DNA of 28,543 nucleotides from Bacteroidia bacterium (GTDB lineage: Bacteria; Bacteroidota; Bacteroidia; Chitinophagales; Saprospiraceae), in assembly GCA_018680275.1 (NCBI GenBank), contig JAHHJO010000005.1, positions 1 to 28,543 on the forward strand, written 5' to 3'. The position numbers and the translations under genes were made by a program. Shown one piece after another: positions 17,501 to 25,044 of the stretch. The notes beneath the pieces are model-generated. The model was not told where the DNA came from, searched no databases, and was given only the letters and a program-made list of their open reading frames with translations. Numbering within the stretch: position 1 is the stretch's first letter; each line of letters starts with the position of its first letter.

Positions 17501-17818
17501 ATTGCCTTTATTGAGATAGAGTTTATCACTTTCCATATTACCGGAAAAGTAGATATCATTAAGCCCGTCATTATTGATGTCTCCTACAGCAACACCGGCA
17601 CCCTGGTAAATAAAGTTCCACAGGAAATAATGTAGCCTCTGGTTTTCCCGAATATTGTTTGCAAATGTAACGCCTGAGTGAGTAGACGTGATTTCTTCCA
17701 GCGTGAAACCATTATCTGAAACTGGGGCGTCAGGGTTTAGGCTTTTCTCATTATTACATGAGCAGATTGAAATCAGTAGAAAAAGGAGAATATATAAAGA
17801 ACGATTATTTTGATTCAC
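14537..17818 (-). CDS. VCBS/FG-GAP repeat lipoprotein with ASPIC/UnbV domain (CRTAC1-like)
   Basis: Lipobox ...ISICS-C; many D-x-N/D-x-D-G-x-x-D repeats (GDINNDGLND, DVNADGLLD, DPDNDGDLD, ADFDLDGWTD, GDFDNDGDID); IGARV...SSRGYMSS...IHFGIG ASPIC segment; GTG start. Confidence 0.88.
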   Translation of the reverse strand: MNQNNRSLYILLFLLISICSCNNEKSLNPDAPVSDNGFTLEEITSTHSGVTFANNIRENQRLHYFLWNFIYQGAGVAVGDINNDGLNDIYFSGNMESDKLYLNKGNFQFEDISTTAGIVDKLWSTGVTMVDVNADGLLDIYVCKNFFLLQESVRKNKLFINNGDLTFTEQAEQYGIADPGYSVQSYFFDPDNDGDLDMYLVNQPMDQYAAKLAKPETLLTLPFSDKYFQNENGRYIDKTDAYQLKNRKYGLSAVTADFDLDGWTDLYVCNDYKEGDQLMMNKGKGQFRNEIHTRIDHSSFYSMGSDVADINNDGALDFITLDMAFGDHYRSKTNMESMQPELFWQLVNQGEHYQYAVNNLHVNSGHGYFSETAHYSGIAKTDWSWAALFEDMDNDGLQDLLVSNGLLKDLRNNDFLVKMRQELKGAVSPDEIAKVTASIPSTPVNNIAYRNRGKLKFENVSEKAGFGKAGFSSGMATADLDNDGDMDVVINNSNHVASIFKNTSKNNNNWINIRLKGKHFNPQGIGARVSIYYQDKTQTAMMNSSRGYMSSCPAIIHFGIGKASAIDSVVVQWDHLQSSVIANPSLNEEILVDYETTRRMHLSDFDAIELVTDEKLIDFRHIENEIDEYKEQVLLPHKISQNGPFIEVFDANGDDLEDVFIGGAKGHPGSVFIQTVQGGFNKSEQPALIRDKNFEDMEASSFDFDDDGYLDLYVVSGGHEFASGNKGIVDRLYLNNGKGLFSANHSIELSRLESQAAAIIDLNNDQKDDFFIGGRGIPGSYPLPASSELYLSSGQDYLKTIFDSLGMVTDVVSADLDGDKDLDLILVGEWMPITLLINNADGFIKEEIDIDNKSSRSWWWRVEKGDFDNDGDIDFLLGNLGLNNKFKPSSKKPFQVFSDDFDSSGDQDVVLAKVIGDELFPVRGRECSSEEMPFISEKFQSFDAFAKATLNEILTDEKLDSSLHYMIYDFKSVYLENLGNLKFESHPLPYQVQLGPVKDFVVSDLNKDGKLDFIFAGNHYPVEVETVRYDGSKGGICLGDGQGNFEFQGPASTGLYINCDSRDMELIDIKGEKYLLVSCNDDHVKTLRLNDLR

Positions 17819-17973
17819 AGTCTTGATGCTTTGTGGAGTAAATATAGTAACAGTAACAATTACGGGGGAGGCATAAATAGGTCTTTAGCCATTCTTTCAT
17901 GCATGTTTATGATGTATCAATAATAACATAGTATTAGATTCGTGAAGTATTCATTAAAAAACGAAGAACACAA

Positions 17974-19164
17974 ATGTCCCTTATTAAGAAAATAAAGAAG
18001 GAAACAAAGCGCATTTATCCTCATATGGTTTCTGTCAGAAGATATATTCACCAGAATCCTGAATTGTCTTATGAAGAAGCAAACACAAGCGCATATGTAT
18101 GTTCTCACCTGGAAGAGAATGGAATACCTTATAAAGCAGGCTATTGCAAGCACGGTATTGTTGCAGAAATAAAGACTTCCAGACCGGGAGGTATTACCTA
18201 TCTCCGGGGTGATATGGATGCTCTTCCAATTGTAGAAGCAAATGATGTAAGCTATAAATCCAAAGTAGAAGGTGTGATGCATGCTTGCGGACATGATGTC
18301 CATACAACTTGTGTACTCGGTGCATCCATTGTGCTCAACAAGTTGAAAGAAGAGCTAGCCGGGACATTCAGGATAATATTCCAGCCCGGCGAAGAAAAAT
18401 TGCCTGGTGGTGCATCAATCATGATAAAAGAAGGTGCTATTAAAAATGCATCGAAAGCCAATATTTTCGGGCAACATGTGCATCCCCCATTAGATGCCGG
18501 TAAAGTAGGGTTTTATCCCGGGGAATATATGGCTTCAGCTGATGAAATCTTCATAGATATTATTGGCAAGGGAGGTCACGCTGCTCTTCCTTCCGAACTT
18601 GTAGATACGGTGGTTGTGACCGCGCATGTCCTTGTAGCATTGCAGACAGTCGTCAGCAGACATTCTGATCCAAAGGTGCCCGCTGTACTTAGTTTTGGAA
18701 AAATAAATTCGGTGGGCGGTGCGTCCAACATAATTCCAGATAAAGTCAGAATTATTGGCACACTCAGAACCATGGATGAAGCCAATCGTCTAAAACTTCA
18801 CGACACCATCAGAACTATCGTTAGAAACACCTGCAAATCCTATGGTGCAAAGGCCCGTGTAAATATCAAGTATGGTTATCCTACACTTTACAACAACCCG
18901 GAACTAACAAAGCAAAGTATGGACCATGCCAGGGATTACATGGGCAGCAAAAATGTTGTAATGCTTGAAAAAAGGATGTCTGCAGAAGATTTCTCCTACT
19001 TTTCACAAATGATGCCTGCCTGTTTTTACCGTCTGGGTATAAGAAACGAGGAAAAGGGAATTACATCCGGGGTGCATACCCCAACATTCGATATTGACGA
19101 AAAAGCTCTGGAAGTTGGTGTAGGTTTGATGGCCTACCTGGCAGCTCAAAATAATATGAAATAA
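17974..19164 (+). CDS. M20D family amidohydrolase
   Basis: HQNPELSYEE, LRGDMDALP, MHACGHDVHT, FQPGEE, GKGGHAA, AEDFSYF, HTPTFDIDE. Confidence 0.93.
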   Translation: MSLIKKIKKETKRIYPHMVSVRRYIHQNPELSYEEANTSAYVCSHLEENGIPYKAGYCKHGIVAEIKTSRPGGITYLRGDMDALPIVEANDVSYKSKVEGVMHACGHDVHTTCVLGASIVLNKLKEELAGTFRIIFQPGEEKLPGGASIMIKEGAIKNASKANIFGQHVHPPLDAGKVGFYPGEYMASADEIFIDIIGKGGHAALPSELVDTVVVTAHVLVALQTVVSRHSDPKVPAVLSFGKINSVGGASNIIPDKVRIIGTLRTMDEANRLKLHDTIRTIVRNTCKSYGAKARVNIKYGYPTLYNNPELTKQSMDHARDYMGSKNVVMLEKRMSAEDFSYFSQMMPACFYRLGIRNEEKGITSGVHTPTFDIDEKALEVGVGLMAYLAAQNNMK

Positions 19165-19236
19165 TCATATTAGTCATTTTAATTATTTGTAGTAAACTTA
19201 TTAGCAATATATTATACATTAATGAAATATATAATG

Positions 19237-19246
19237 TATTTTAGCA
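19237..19246 (+). promoter_or_regulatory. Possible -7 element variant (TATTTTAGCA) for the regulator-LOG pair
   Basis: One mismatch to TAnnTTTG, about 34 nt upstream of the ATG; identical 10-mer at 7938. Confidence 0.35.
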
Positions 19247-19278
19247 TCCTATAATAAGTTAACTACACCAGAATAATT

Positions 19279-20553
19279 ATGGCTAAGATTTTAATCGTCG
19301 ATGACGACAAGGGGATAAGACGTACACTTAAGGACATTCTTGAATTTGAAAAATATGAAGTCGCAGAGGCAGAAGACGGTTTGACATGCCTTGTTAAAGT
19401 CAAACAGGATAAATATGATGTCATCATTCTTGATATCAAAATGCCAAAGATGGACGGAATGGATGCCATAGACAGGCTACAGGATTTGTGTCCTGATATC
19501 CCTGTAATTATGATAAGCGGACATGGAAATATTGATACAGCAGTCGAAGCAGTTAAAAAAGGAGCCTTCGATTTTATTTCCAAACCACCAGATCTGAACA
19601 GGTTATTGATTACTGTCAGAAATGCGCTTGATAAGTCAACACTAGTCGTTCAGAAAAAAACACTCCAGAAGAAGATTAATAGGTCCAGGGTAGAAACTAT
19701 CGTTGGTAGCTCTCCTGAAATAAAAATGATCACAGAGACGATCGAAAAAGTCGCTCCTACCGATGCCAGGGTACTCGTTGAGGGCCCTAATGGAACAGGA
19801 AAAGAGTTGGTCGCAAGATGGATTCATGAAAAAAGTAGCAGGAACAAAGGACCTATAGTCGAGGTGAATTGTGCAGCAATTCCATCCGAATTGATTGAAT
19901 CAGAGTTATTTGGTCATGAGAAAGGGTCATTTACTTCAGCACACAAACAAAGAATAGGAAAATTCGAACTGGCAAATAAGGGGACGCTATTTCTCGATGA
20001 GATAGGAGATATGAGTTTAAGTGCCCAGGCTAAGGTCTTGAGAGTATTACAGGAAAACAGGATCATGCGGGTTGGCGGAGAAAAGCAGATTCCTGTAGAT
20101 GTTCGTGTAGTTGCAGCAACAAATAAAAATCTAAGATCTGAAATTGCTAAAGGAAATTTCAGGGAAGACCTTTTCCATAGATTGGCCGTCATAATCATGA
20201 GAGTACCTTCTCTTAATGCCAGGAAATCTGATATTCCTGAACTGGTTGAACATTTCAATGAGAAAATTTGCAAGGAATATGGTGTCAGCGCTAAGAAGTT
20301 TGAACCCCAGGCATTAAAAGAACTACAGAAAATCAATTGGACAGGTAATATCCGTGAACTTCGAAACGTTGTTGAAAGGCTTATAATTCTAAGTAAAGAA
20401 ACTGTCACCAAGAAAAATGTTGTAGAATTTGCTACAGCCTTGAGCAACAGGAGAAATAATCTTGAGGATTTATTTGATAAATTTGACAGTTTTACTGAAT
20501 TGCGTAATTACCTCGAAAAGGAATACGAGAAGTATAAAACTGTTATTATCTGA
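19279..20553 (+). CDS. NtrC/NtrX-type response regulator (receiver + sigma54-activator AAA+), lacking a Fis-type HTH
   Basis: Receiver IVDDD, LDIKMP, ISGHG, SKP; Walker A GPNGTGKE; ESELFGHEKGSFTSA; Walker B LFLDEI; FREDLFHRL; WTGNIRELRNVVER. Confidence 0.92.
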   Translation: MAKILIVDDDKGIRRTLKDILEFEKYEVAEAEDGLTCLVKVKQDKYDVIILDIKMPKMDGMDAIDRLQDLCPDIPVIMISGHGNIDTAVEAVKKGAFDFISKPPDLNRLLITVRNALDKSTLVVQKKTLQKKINRSRVETIVGSSPEIKMITETIEKVAPTDARVLVEGPNGTGKELVARWIHEKSSRNKGPIVEVNCAAIPSELIESELFGHEKGSFTSAHKQRIGKFELANKGTLFLDEIGDMSLSAQAKVLRVLQENRIMRVGGEKQIPVDVRVVAATNKNLRSEIAKGNFREDLFHRLAVIIMRVPSLNARKSDIPELVEHFNEKICKEYGVSAKKFEPQALKELQKINWTGNIRELRNVVERLIILSKETVTKKNVVEFATALSNRRNNLEDLFDKFDSFTELRNYLEKEYEKYKTVII

Positions 20554-20555
20554 CA

Positions 20556-21257
20556 ATGAGTCCTGAACGTAAATTAAAACAGTGGTCCGAAATAAAAGGA
20601 GAAAACTCCTGGACCATGTTCAAAGTATTGGCCGAGTTTGTTGATGGTTTTGAAAAAATGAACAAACTGGGACCATGTATATCTATCTTTGGATCTGCCC
20701 GTACCAAACCTGATAATAAATATTACCAGCTGACTATCGATATAGCTCGTGCCCTGGTCAATGAAGGATTTGGAATTATCAGCGGAGGCGGTCCGGGAAT
20801 TATGGAAGCAGCCAACAAAGGCGCATACCTGGAAGGTGGACTTTCAATCGGGATTAATATTGAATTGCCTTTTGAACAGTCAGGTAACCAGTATATCGAT
20901 CCGGATAAAAATCTTCAACATCGTTATTTCTTCGTTCGCAAGGTTATGTTTGTCAAATACTCCCAGGCTTTTATCGTCATGCCCGGAGGATTTGGAACAC
21001 TTGACGAGTTATTTGAAACCTTGACGCTTATTCAAACAAATAAGATAACCAGGGTCCCTGTTATCCTGGTTGGGACTTCTTACTGGAAAGGACTTCGCGA
21101 CTGGATCATTGAAACCCAGCTAGGTCATGGTAATATTTCAGAGAAAGATCTCATCCTTATGCCGGTCGTAGATACAACTGATGAAGTTGTACAGATTATC
21201 AACGATTTCTATGGCGAATCCACGGAATACGAATTGAAGCCGAATTACCAGCTCTAG
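20556..21257 (+). CDS. LOG family (TIGR00730-type) nucleotide phosphoribohydrolase
   Basis: SIFGSAR, GGGPGIMEAANKG, FFVRKVMF, PGGFGTLDE; starts 2 nt after the regulator stop. Confidence 0.92.
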   Translation: MSPERKLKQWSEIKGENSWTMFKVLAEFVDGFEKMNKLGPCISIFGSARTKPDNKYYQLTIDIARALVNEGFGIISGGGPGIMEAANKGAYLEGGLSIGINIELPFEQSGNQYIDPDKNLQHRYFFVRKVMFVKYSQAFIVMPGGFGTLDELFETLTLIQTNKITRVPVILVGTSYWKGLRDWIIETQLGHGNISEKDLILMPVVDTTDEVVQIINDFYGESTEYELKPNYQL

Positions 21258-21296
21258 GTTTAATGATTGGATGATGGGATGATTTTCTGCAAACCA

Positions 21297-23144
21297 TTAA
21301 TCAAAAATCTGCCACCGTACGCCAAACCTTATCTTATAATCAAATTGTGGATAATCAATAATCTGGTAATGTTCCTTACGCAATAGCAGGTCTGAAAAAT
21401 TATCGATCTTAAAGAAGAGTCTGAATTGATCAATTTTAAAATTTCCGAAAAACTCAGAGTACGGAAAATACTCAATCGCTTCATCACCCTGGTAAAATAT
21501 CCCGGTGGCAGGCATGAAACGCAGGCCTTCATTCATTTGAATATTATAGAAGACCAGACCTAATTGTGTTAAAAGCCGTTTTTTGAAAATTGGAAATTGT
21601 ACATACCCTTTGTGCACACTATAGATCCCTGGGAGGTTAAAGATATTGTCACTGAACTCCTGGATCATGATAGAATTTTCAAGTCCCAAAATCTTCCATT
21701 TGAGTTTATGGGAAAATATCAACTGTATATATTCGATGTTATCACTGCTTTGGTATGGTAAAGCAGTCTGATCAAATGCAATGGCATTCTCGATAATACC
21801 AGAATTGAATTCAATATGTGTATTCATGATTTGCCAATCGAGTTTTGCGCCCAGGACAAATTCATTGATCTTTCCGAAATCATTTGAGTAAACCAGTTGA
21901 TTTGTGATATACACCTCTTCCTGCAGAATTGTTGGATCATATCGCTGAGCTAATATATTTCCCGTGAGTTTGAGTTGTGAGGCAGGATTAATGACCAATT
22001 CACCTTCTAGTTTGAAATTTCCGACGTTTGAACCAAGACCAAGCGCAGCATGTCCATTAAAAGAACTTATTTCTTTAAGCTTCAAACCGATATTACCAAA
22101 TGCTACAAGATCATGGATACTTCTGGAACTGATATTGTTATCGTATTTCTGGTAGTTATGCAGTAATCCCAATTTAACATCAACAGACTTACTTCTGAAA
22201 GAAAAGTCAAAAACATTCCTGATCCTGGTAAATCCAAGATAAAAACGAACTCCCCTGGTATCTGTGAGGTAATCCTGATATACAAACTGGTCATCAGCAG
22301 AATCGCTGTCATGATCTCCATACCTGTAATACCCGTTTTCAATTTGCAATCGATGATGACCACGGTACTTTTCTCCAATTTTATCAAAAAAGTTATCAAT
22401 ACTATAAGAGAAATTTTGATGCCTGGTTGTATCTCCATCCAATCGGACTGGTATAGCAGTTCTTAACCTGTAAATATCATTACCAAAAAACTCTTTTGTG
22501 GATACGCCACCATTAATCTCTTCATTGTGGTTATTGGCAAGAAAACATATAAACATGGAGCGATTCTTTTCAGGAAACTTTTTGTAAATCCCGATTCCAA
22601 ACCCGGTTGATTTCGTCTTTTGATTATTATAAAACCCTTCCTGGTTAAATCTTTTGTAATCAAGACTAACATTGACTTCCTTATCAAAATCACGGGTAAA
22701 ATGTCCTTTAACCAGGAAATTACGCTGACCTGCCAGTGGGCTGAAAAACAGGTCGTTAAATGGTCTGTTAAGATTATAAAACCTGAATTCATCAAGATTC
22801 ATCTTGTAAATATCATATTGATGAAACCCCGCATCGGTCGTAATAGACTCCCGCGGACTATACCTGATTGGCATGGATGCACTTCCAAGATTTCCTAATG
22901 TTAAAGAACCATTATTGAATGCCCTGGCCGGATTGTATTTTTCAAAATCATCAAAAAGCGTATCTGTGACTTCAAGTTTCCTGTTCCTGTCTGAAAGCCT
23001 AAAGTAACTGATGTCTGTATTGGCTTTTACGACAGGTTTTCGCTGTATACTATCAGGCATGCCTGAATATACCTGTGCTTTTAAATCTTGTAAAAAGCAG
23101 GTAGCTATCAAAAACGATGATATCAGTGCAAATTTATTTCGCAA
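21297..23144 (-). CDS. Putative outer-membrane porin (Bacteroidota putative-porin family)
   Basis: Signal peptide ending LKA-Q; LGNLGSA; beta-strand alternation; C-terminal FGVRWQIFD. TTG start with an in-frame TGA directly upstream. Confidence 0.75.
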   Translation of the reverse strand: MRNKFALISSFLIATCFLQDLKAQVYSGMPDSIQRKPVVKANTDISYFRLSDRNRKLEVTDTLFDDFEKYNPARAFNNGSLTLGNLGSASMPIRYSPRESITTDAGFHQYDIYKMNLDEFRFYNLNRPFNDLFFSPLAGQRNFLVKGHFTRDFDKEVNVSLDYKRFNQEGFYNNQKTKSTGFGIGIYKKFPEKNRSMFICFLANNHNEEINGGVSTKEFFGNDIYRLRTAIPVRLDGDTTRHQNFSYSIDNFFDKIGEKYRGHHRLQIENGYYRYGDHDSDSADDQFVYQDYLTDTRGVRFYLGFTRIRNVFDFSFRSKSVDVKLGLLHNYQKYDNNISSRSIHDLVAFGNIGLKLKEISSFNGHAALGLGSNVGNFKLEGELVINPASQLKLTGNILAQRYDPTILQEEVYITNQLVYSNDFGKINEFVLGAKLDWQIMNTHIEFNSGIIENAIAFDQTALPYQSSDNIEYIQLIFSHKLKWKILGLENSIMIQEFSDNIFNLPGIYSVHKGYVQFPIFKKRLLTQLGLVFYNIQMNEGLRFMPATGIFYQGDEAIEYFPYSEFFGNFKIDQFRLFFKIDNFSDLLLRKEHYQIIDYPQFDYKIRFGVRWQIFD

Positions 23145-23304
23145 TCATTTAAATTTTACTGGCGCATTGAAAGTCTCTGTATATGTATAAAATAAACATT
23201 AATATACCATTCGAGATTGTACGAATCATCTATAGTGCGTTCATTAACAGGTGCTAATCTATCCTGCATGATGATTCCAATGCCTCAATCATTCACCCAT
23301 GCTT

Positions 23305-23312
23305 CAAAGCTA
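23305..23312 (-). promoter_or_regulatory. Possible -7 element (TAGCTTTG) for the porin gene
   Basis: Plus-strand caaagcta is an exact TAnnTTTG on the minus strand. No -33 element found. Confidence 0.4.
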
Positions 23313-23424
23313 TAATATTAAATCTGATATAGGTATATTTTGAATTCTTCGATTGGAATGTAAAAATGAAATTGGATATAAACCAACAAATCCCTTATTT
23401 TAATCGTCTCTATAGTAAAATATT

Positions 23425-23796
23425 ATGATGAGATTCTTTCCTGTTCTGTTCTGTGCGATGTTCTTGCTATTTTCTTGTTCGGATAATATTGATCCTGAAG
23501 ATTACCGCCTAAGGTTTACAGGGATTTATGACTGCTACAAAGAAAGCTTCGGGCCTTATCCATCACCTGAATTTGAATTGCTTGTACGTATTGATAGCAG
23601 TAGCAGTGACATGGTTTATGTGGGGGAGGAGCTTGTTCCTATTGATGAAAACGGATCCTATGGTCCTGATGAACTCAGACCTTCATATTATTATGAACTG
23701 CGCTTGCAAAATGATTCTCTTTTCTTAAGAACTTACCAGGTAATAATAAACGGCATTGTTGCACCATGCACTTTTTATGGGGTAAAAAGAGACTAA
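23425..23796 (+). CDS. Hypothetical small lipoprotein
   Basis: Hydrophobic N-terminus with lipobox LLFS-C, acidic residues after the Cys, beta-rich body, hairpin right after the stop. Confidence 0.75.
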   Translation: MMRFFPVLFCAMFLLFSCSDNIDPEDYRLRFTGIYDCYKESFGPYPSPEFELLVRIDSSSSDMVYVGEELVPIDENGSYGPDELRPSYYYELRLQNDSLFLRTYQVIINGIVAPCTFYGVKRD

Positions 23797-23826
23797 AAAA
23801 AAGCACCGGATTCATACCCGGTGCTT
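23795..23826 (-). terminator. Intrinsic terminator, U-tract on the minus strand (SPFH gene); may also serve the lipoprotein
   Basis: AAGCACCGG (23801-23809) / CCGGTGCTT (23818-23826), 8-nt loop, A8 run at 23795-23802. Confidence 0.8.
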
Positions 23827-23883
23827 CTAAGCTTTTCCTGAGTCTTGTTTTAACAAGTCCAGTGTCAGATTTTTTTAATCTAT

Positions 23884-24837
23884 TTATCTCTTTTGTTCTC
23901 TGCTCTGAATTTTCTTTAATTCCTCATTCTTAAGCTTCATCGCTTCTCCGATTTGTTGAGAAGCTGTAAAAGAACTTACCATATCGGAAAGCATTTCAGA
24001 TCCTGAAGAAGGAGAGTTAGGTAACAAAATCAGGTTGCTGTTTCCATTTTCTCCTAATGATTGCAATGTATCATAATGTTGTGTGACAACAATTAGCGCA
24101 GATGCTTCCTGGCTGTTGATGCCAACACCATTAAGTACTTCTACACTTTCTTCAAGGCCTTTGGCGATTTCACGTCGTTGATCAGCTATACCCTGACCCT
24201 GCAACCTCTTGGATTCAGCTTCAGCTTTCGCTTTGGCAACGATTCGAATCCGTTCTGCTTCACCATCATATTCAGCAGCGATTTTTTCTCTTTCTGCGGC
24301 ATTGATCCTGTTCATGGCTTCTTTAACCAGGTGATCCGGATCAATATCAGTAACAAGCGCTTTGACAATATCATATCCGTAATGATTCATTGCATCCTGT
24401 AGTTCTCGTTTGATAGCATTTGCGATGTCATCTTTTTTAACAAAAACATCATCCAATTTCATTTTTGGAACTTCTGCCCTGACAACATCAAATACATAAG
24501 ATGTTATTTGATCAAGCGGATTTTGAAGCTTATATATTGCCTCATAGATTTTGTCTTCAAGAACGATAAACTGAACCGAGACTTTTAGTTTGACAAATAC
24601 ATCATCAAAAGTTTTTGTTTCAACTACAACATCAAGTTGTTGAATCCTGAGATTTACACGTCCCATTATCCTATCGATAAAAGGAATTTTAAAATGTAAG
24701 CCTGGACCACGAATACCTTTAAACTTTCCAAGTCTTTCAACAATGGCTGCTGTTTGCTGCTTGACTGTAAAAAGACCAAGAGATAATAAGATAAAAGCGA
24801 AAAATGCGAGTGGAATTAACCAAATAGGAACTGCCAT
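23884..24837 (-). CDS. SPFH/band 7 domain membrane protein
   Basis: N-terminal TM helix, VERLGKF, GLHFKIPFID, DIDPD..VKEAMN, AEAESKRLQGQGIA. Confidence 0.92.
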   Translation of the reverse strand: MAVPIWLIPLAFFAFILLSLGLFTVKQQTAAIVERLGKFKGIRGPGLHFKIPFIDRIMGRVNLRIQQLDVVVETKTFDDVFVKLKVSVQFIVLEDKIYEAIYKLQNPLDQITSYVFDVVRAEVPKMKLDDVFVKKDDIANAIKRELQDAMNHYGYDIVKALVTDIDPDHLVKEAMNRINAAEREKIAAEYDGEAERIRIVAKAKAEAESKRLQGQGIADQRREIAKGLEESVEVLNGVGINSQEASALIVVTQHYDTLQSLGENGNSNLILLPNSPSSGSEMLSDMVSSFTASQQIGEAMKLKNEELKKIQSREQKR

Positions 24838-25015
24838 AATTTATATTAAGTTTAGTTTTAGAACATTAACCAATTCAAGATAATTCAAATTTGGTTCATT
24901 TATCGACGAAATTCCTGAATAAGTGGATAAACTTATAGTTAATGATTTATCAGCCAGGTAAAATCTTGATTATATAAATTATGATCTCTTTAACACTAAT
25001 AAGTAAAGGTGTTAG

Positions 25016-25023
25016 TATTTTTG
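25016..25023 (+). promoter_or_regulatory. -7 element (TATTTTTG) for the lipoprotein-recN-fabI unit
   Basis: Exact TAnnTTTG followed by C, 21 nt upstream of ATG 25045. Confidence 0.6.
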
Positions 25024-25044
25024 CGATTCAAATTTCCAAATATC

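Noticed and set aside
19214-19239. ATACATTA-N10-TAATGTAT inverted repeat upstream of the regulator
   Set aside because: The 8-bp arms lie in very AT-rich DNA and may be chance; the regulator also has no HTH to bind it.
19914-20447. 177-aa antisense ORF within the regulator
   Set aside because: Long antisense frames are common opposite conserved AAA+ domains; nothing independent supports it.
25009-25044. GTG start at 25009 from the ORF track
   Set aside because: An exact -7 element lies inside this extension, and ATG 25045 gives a normal lipoprotein signal peptide.
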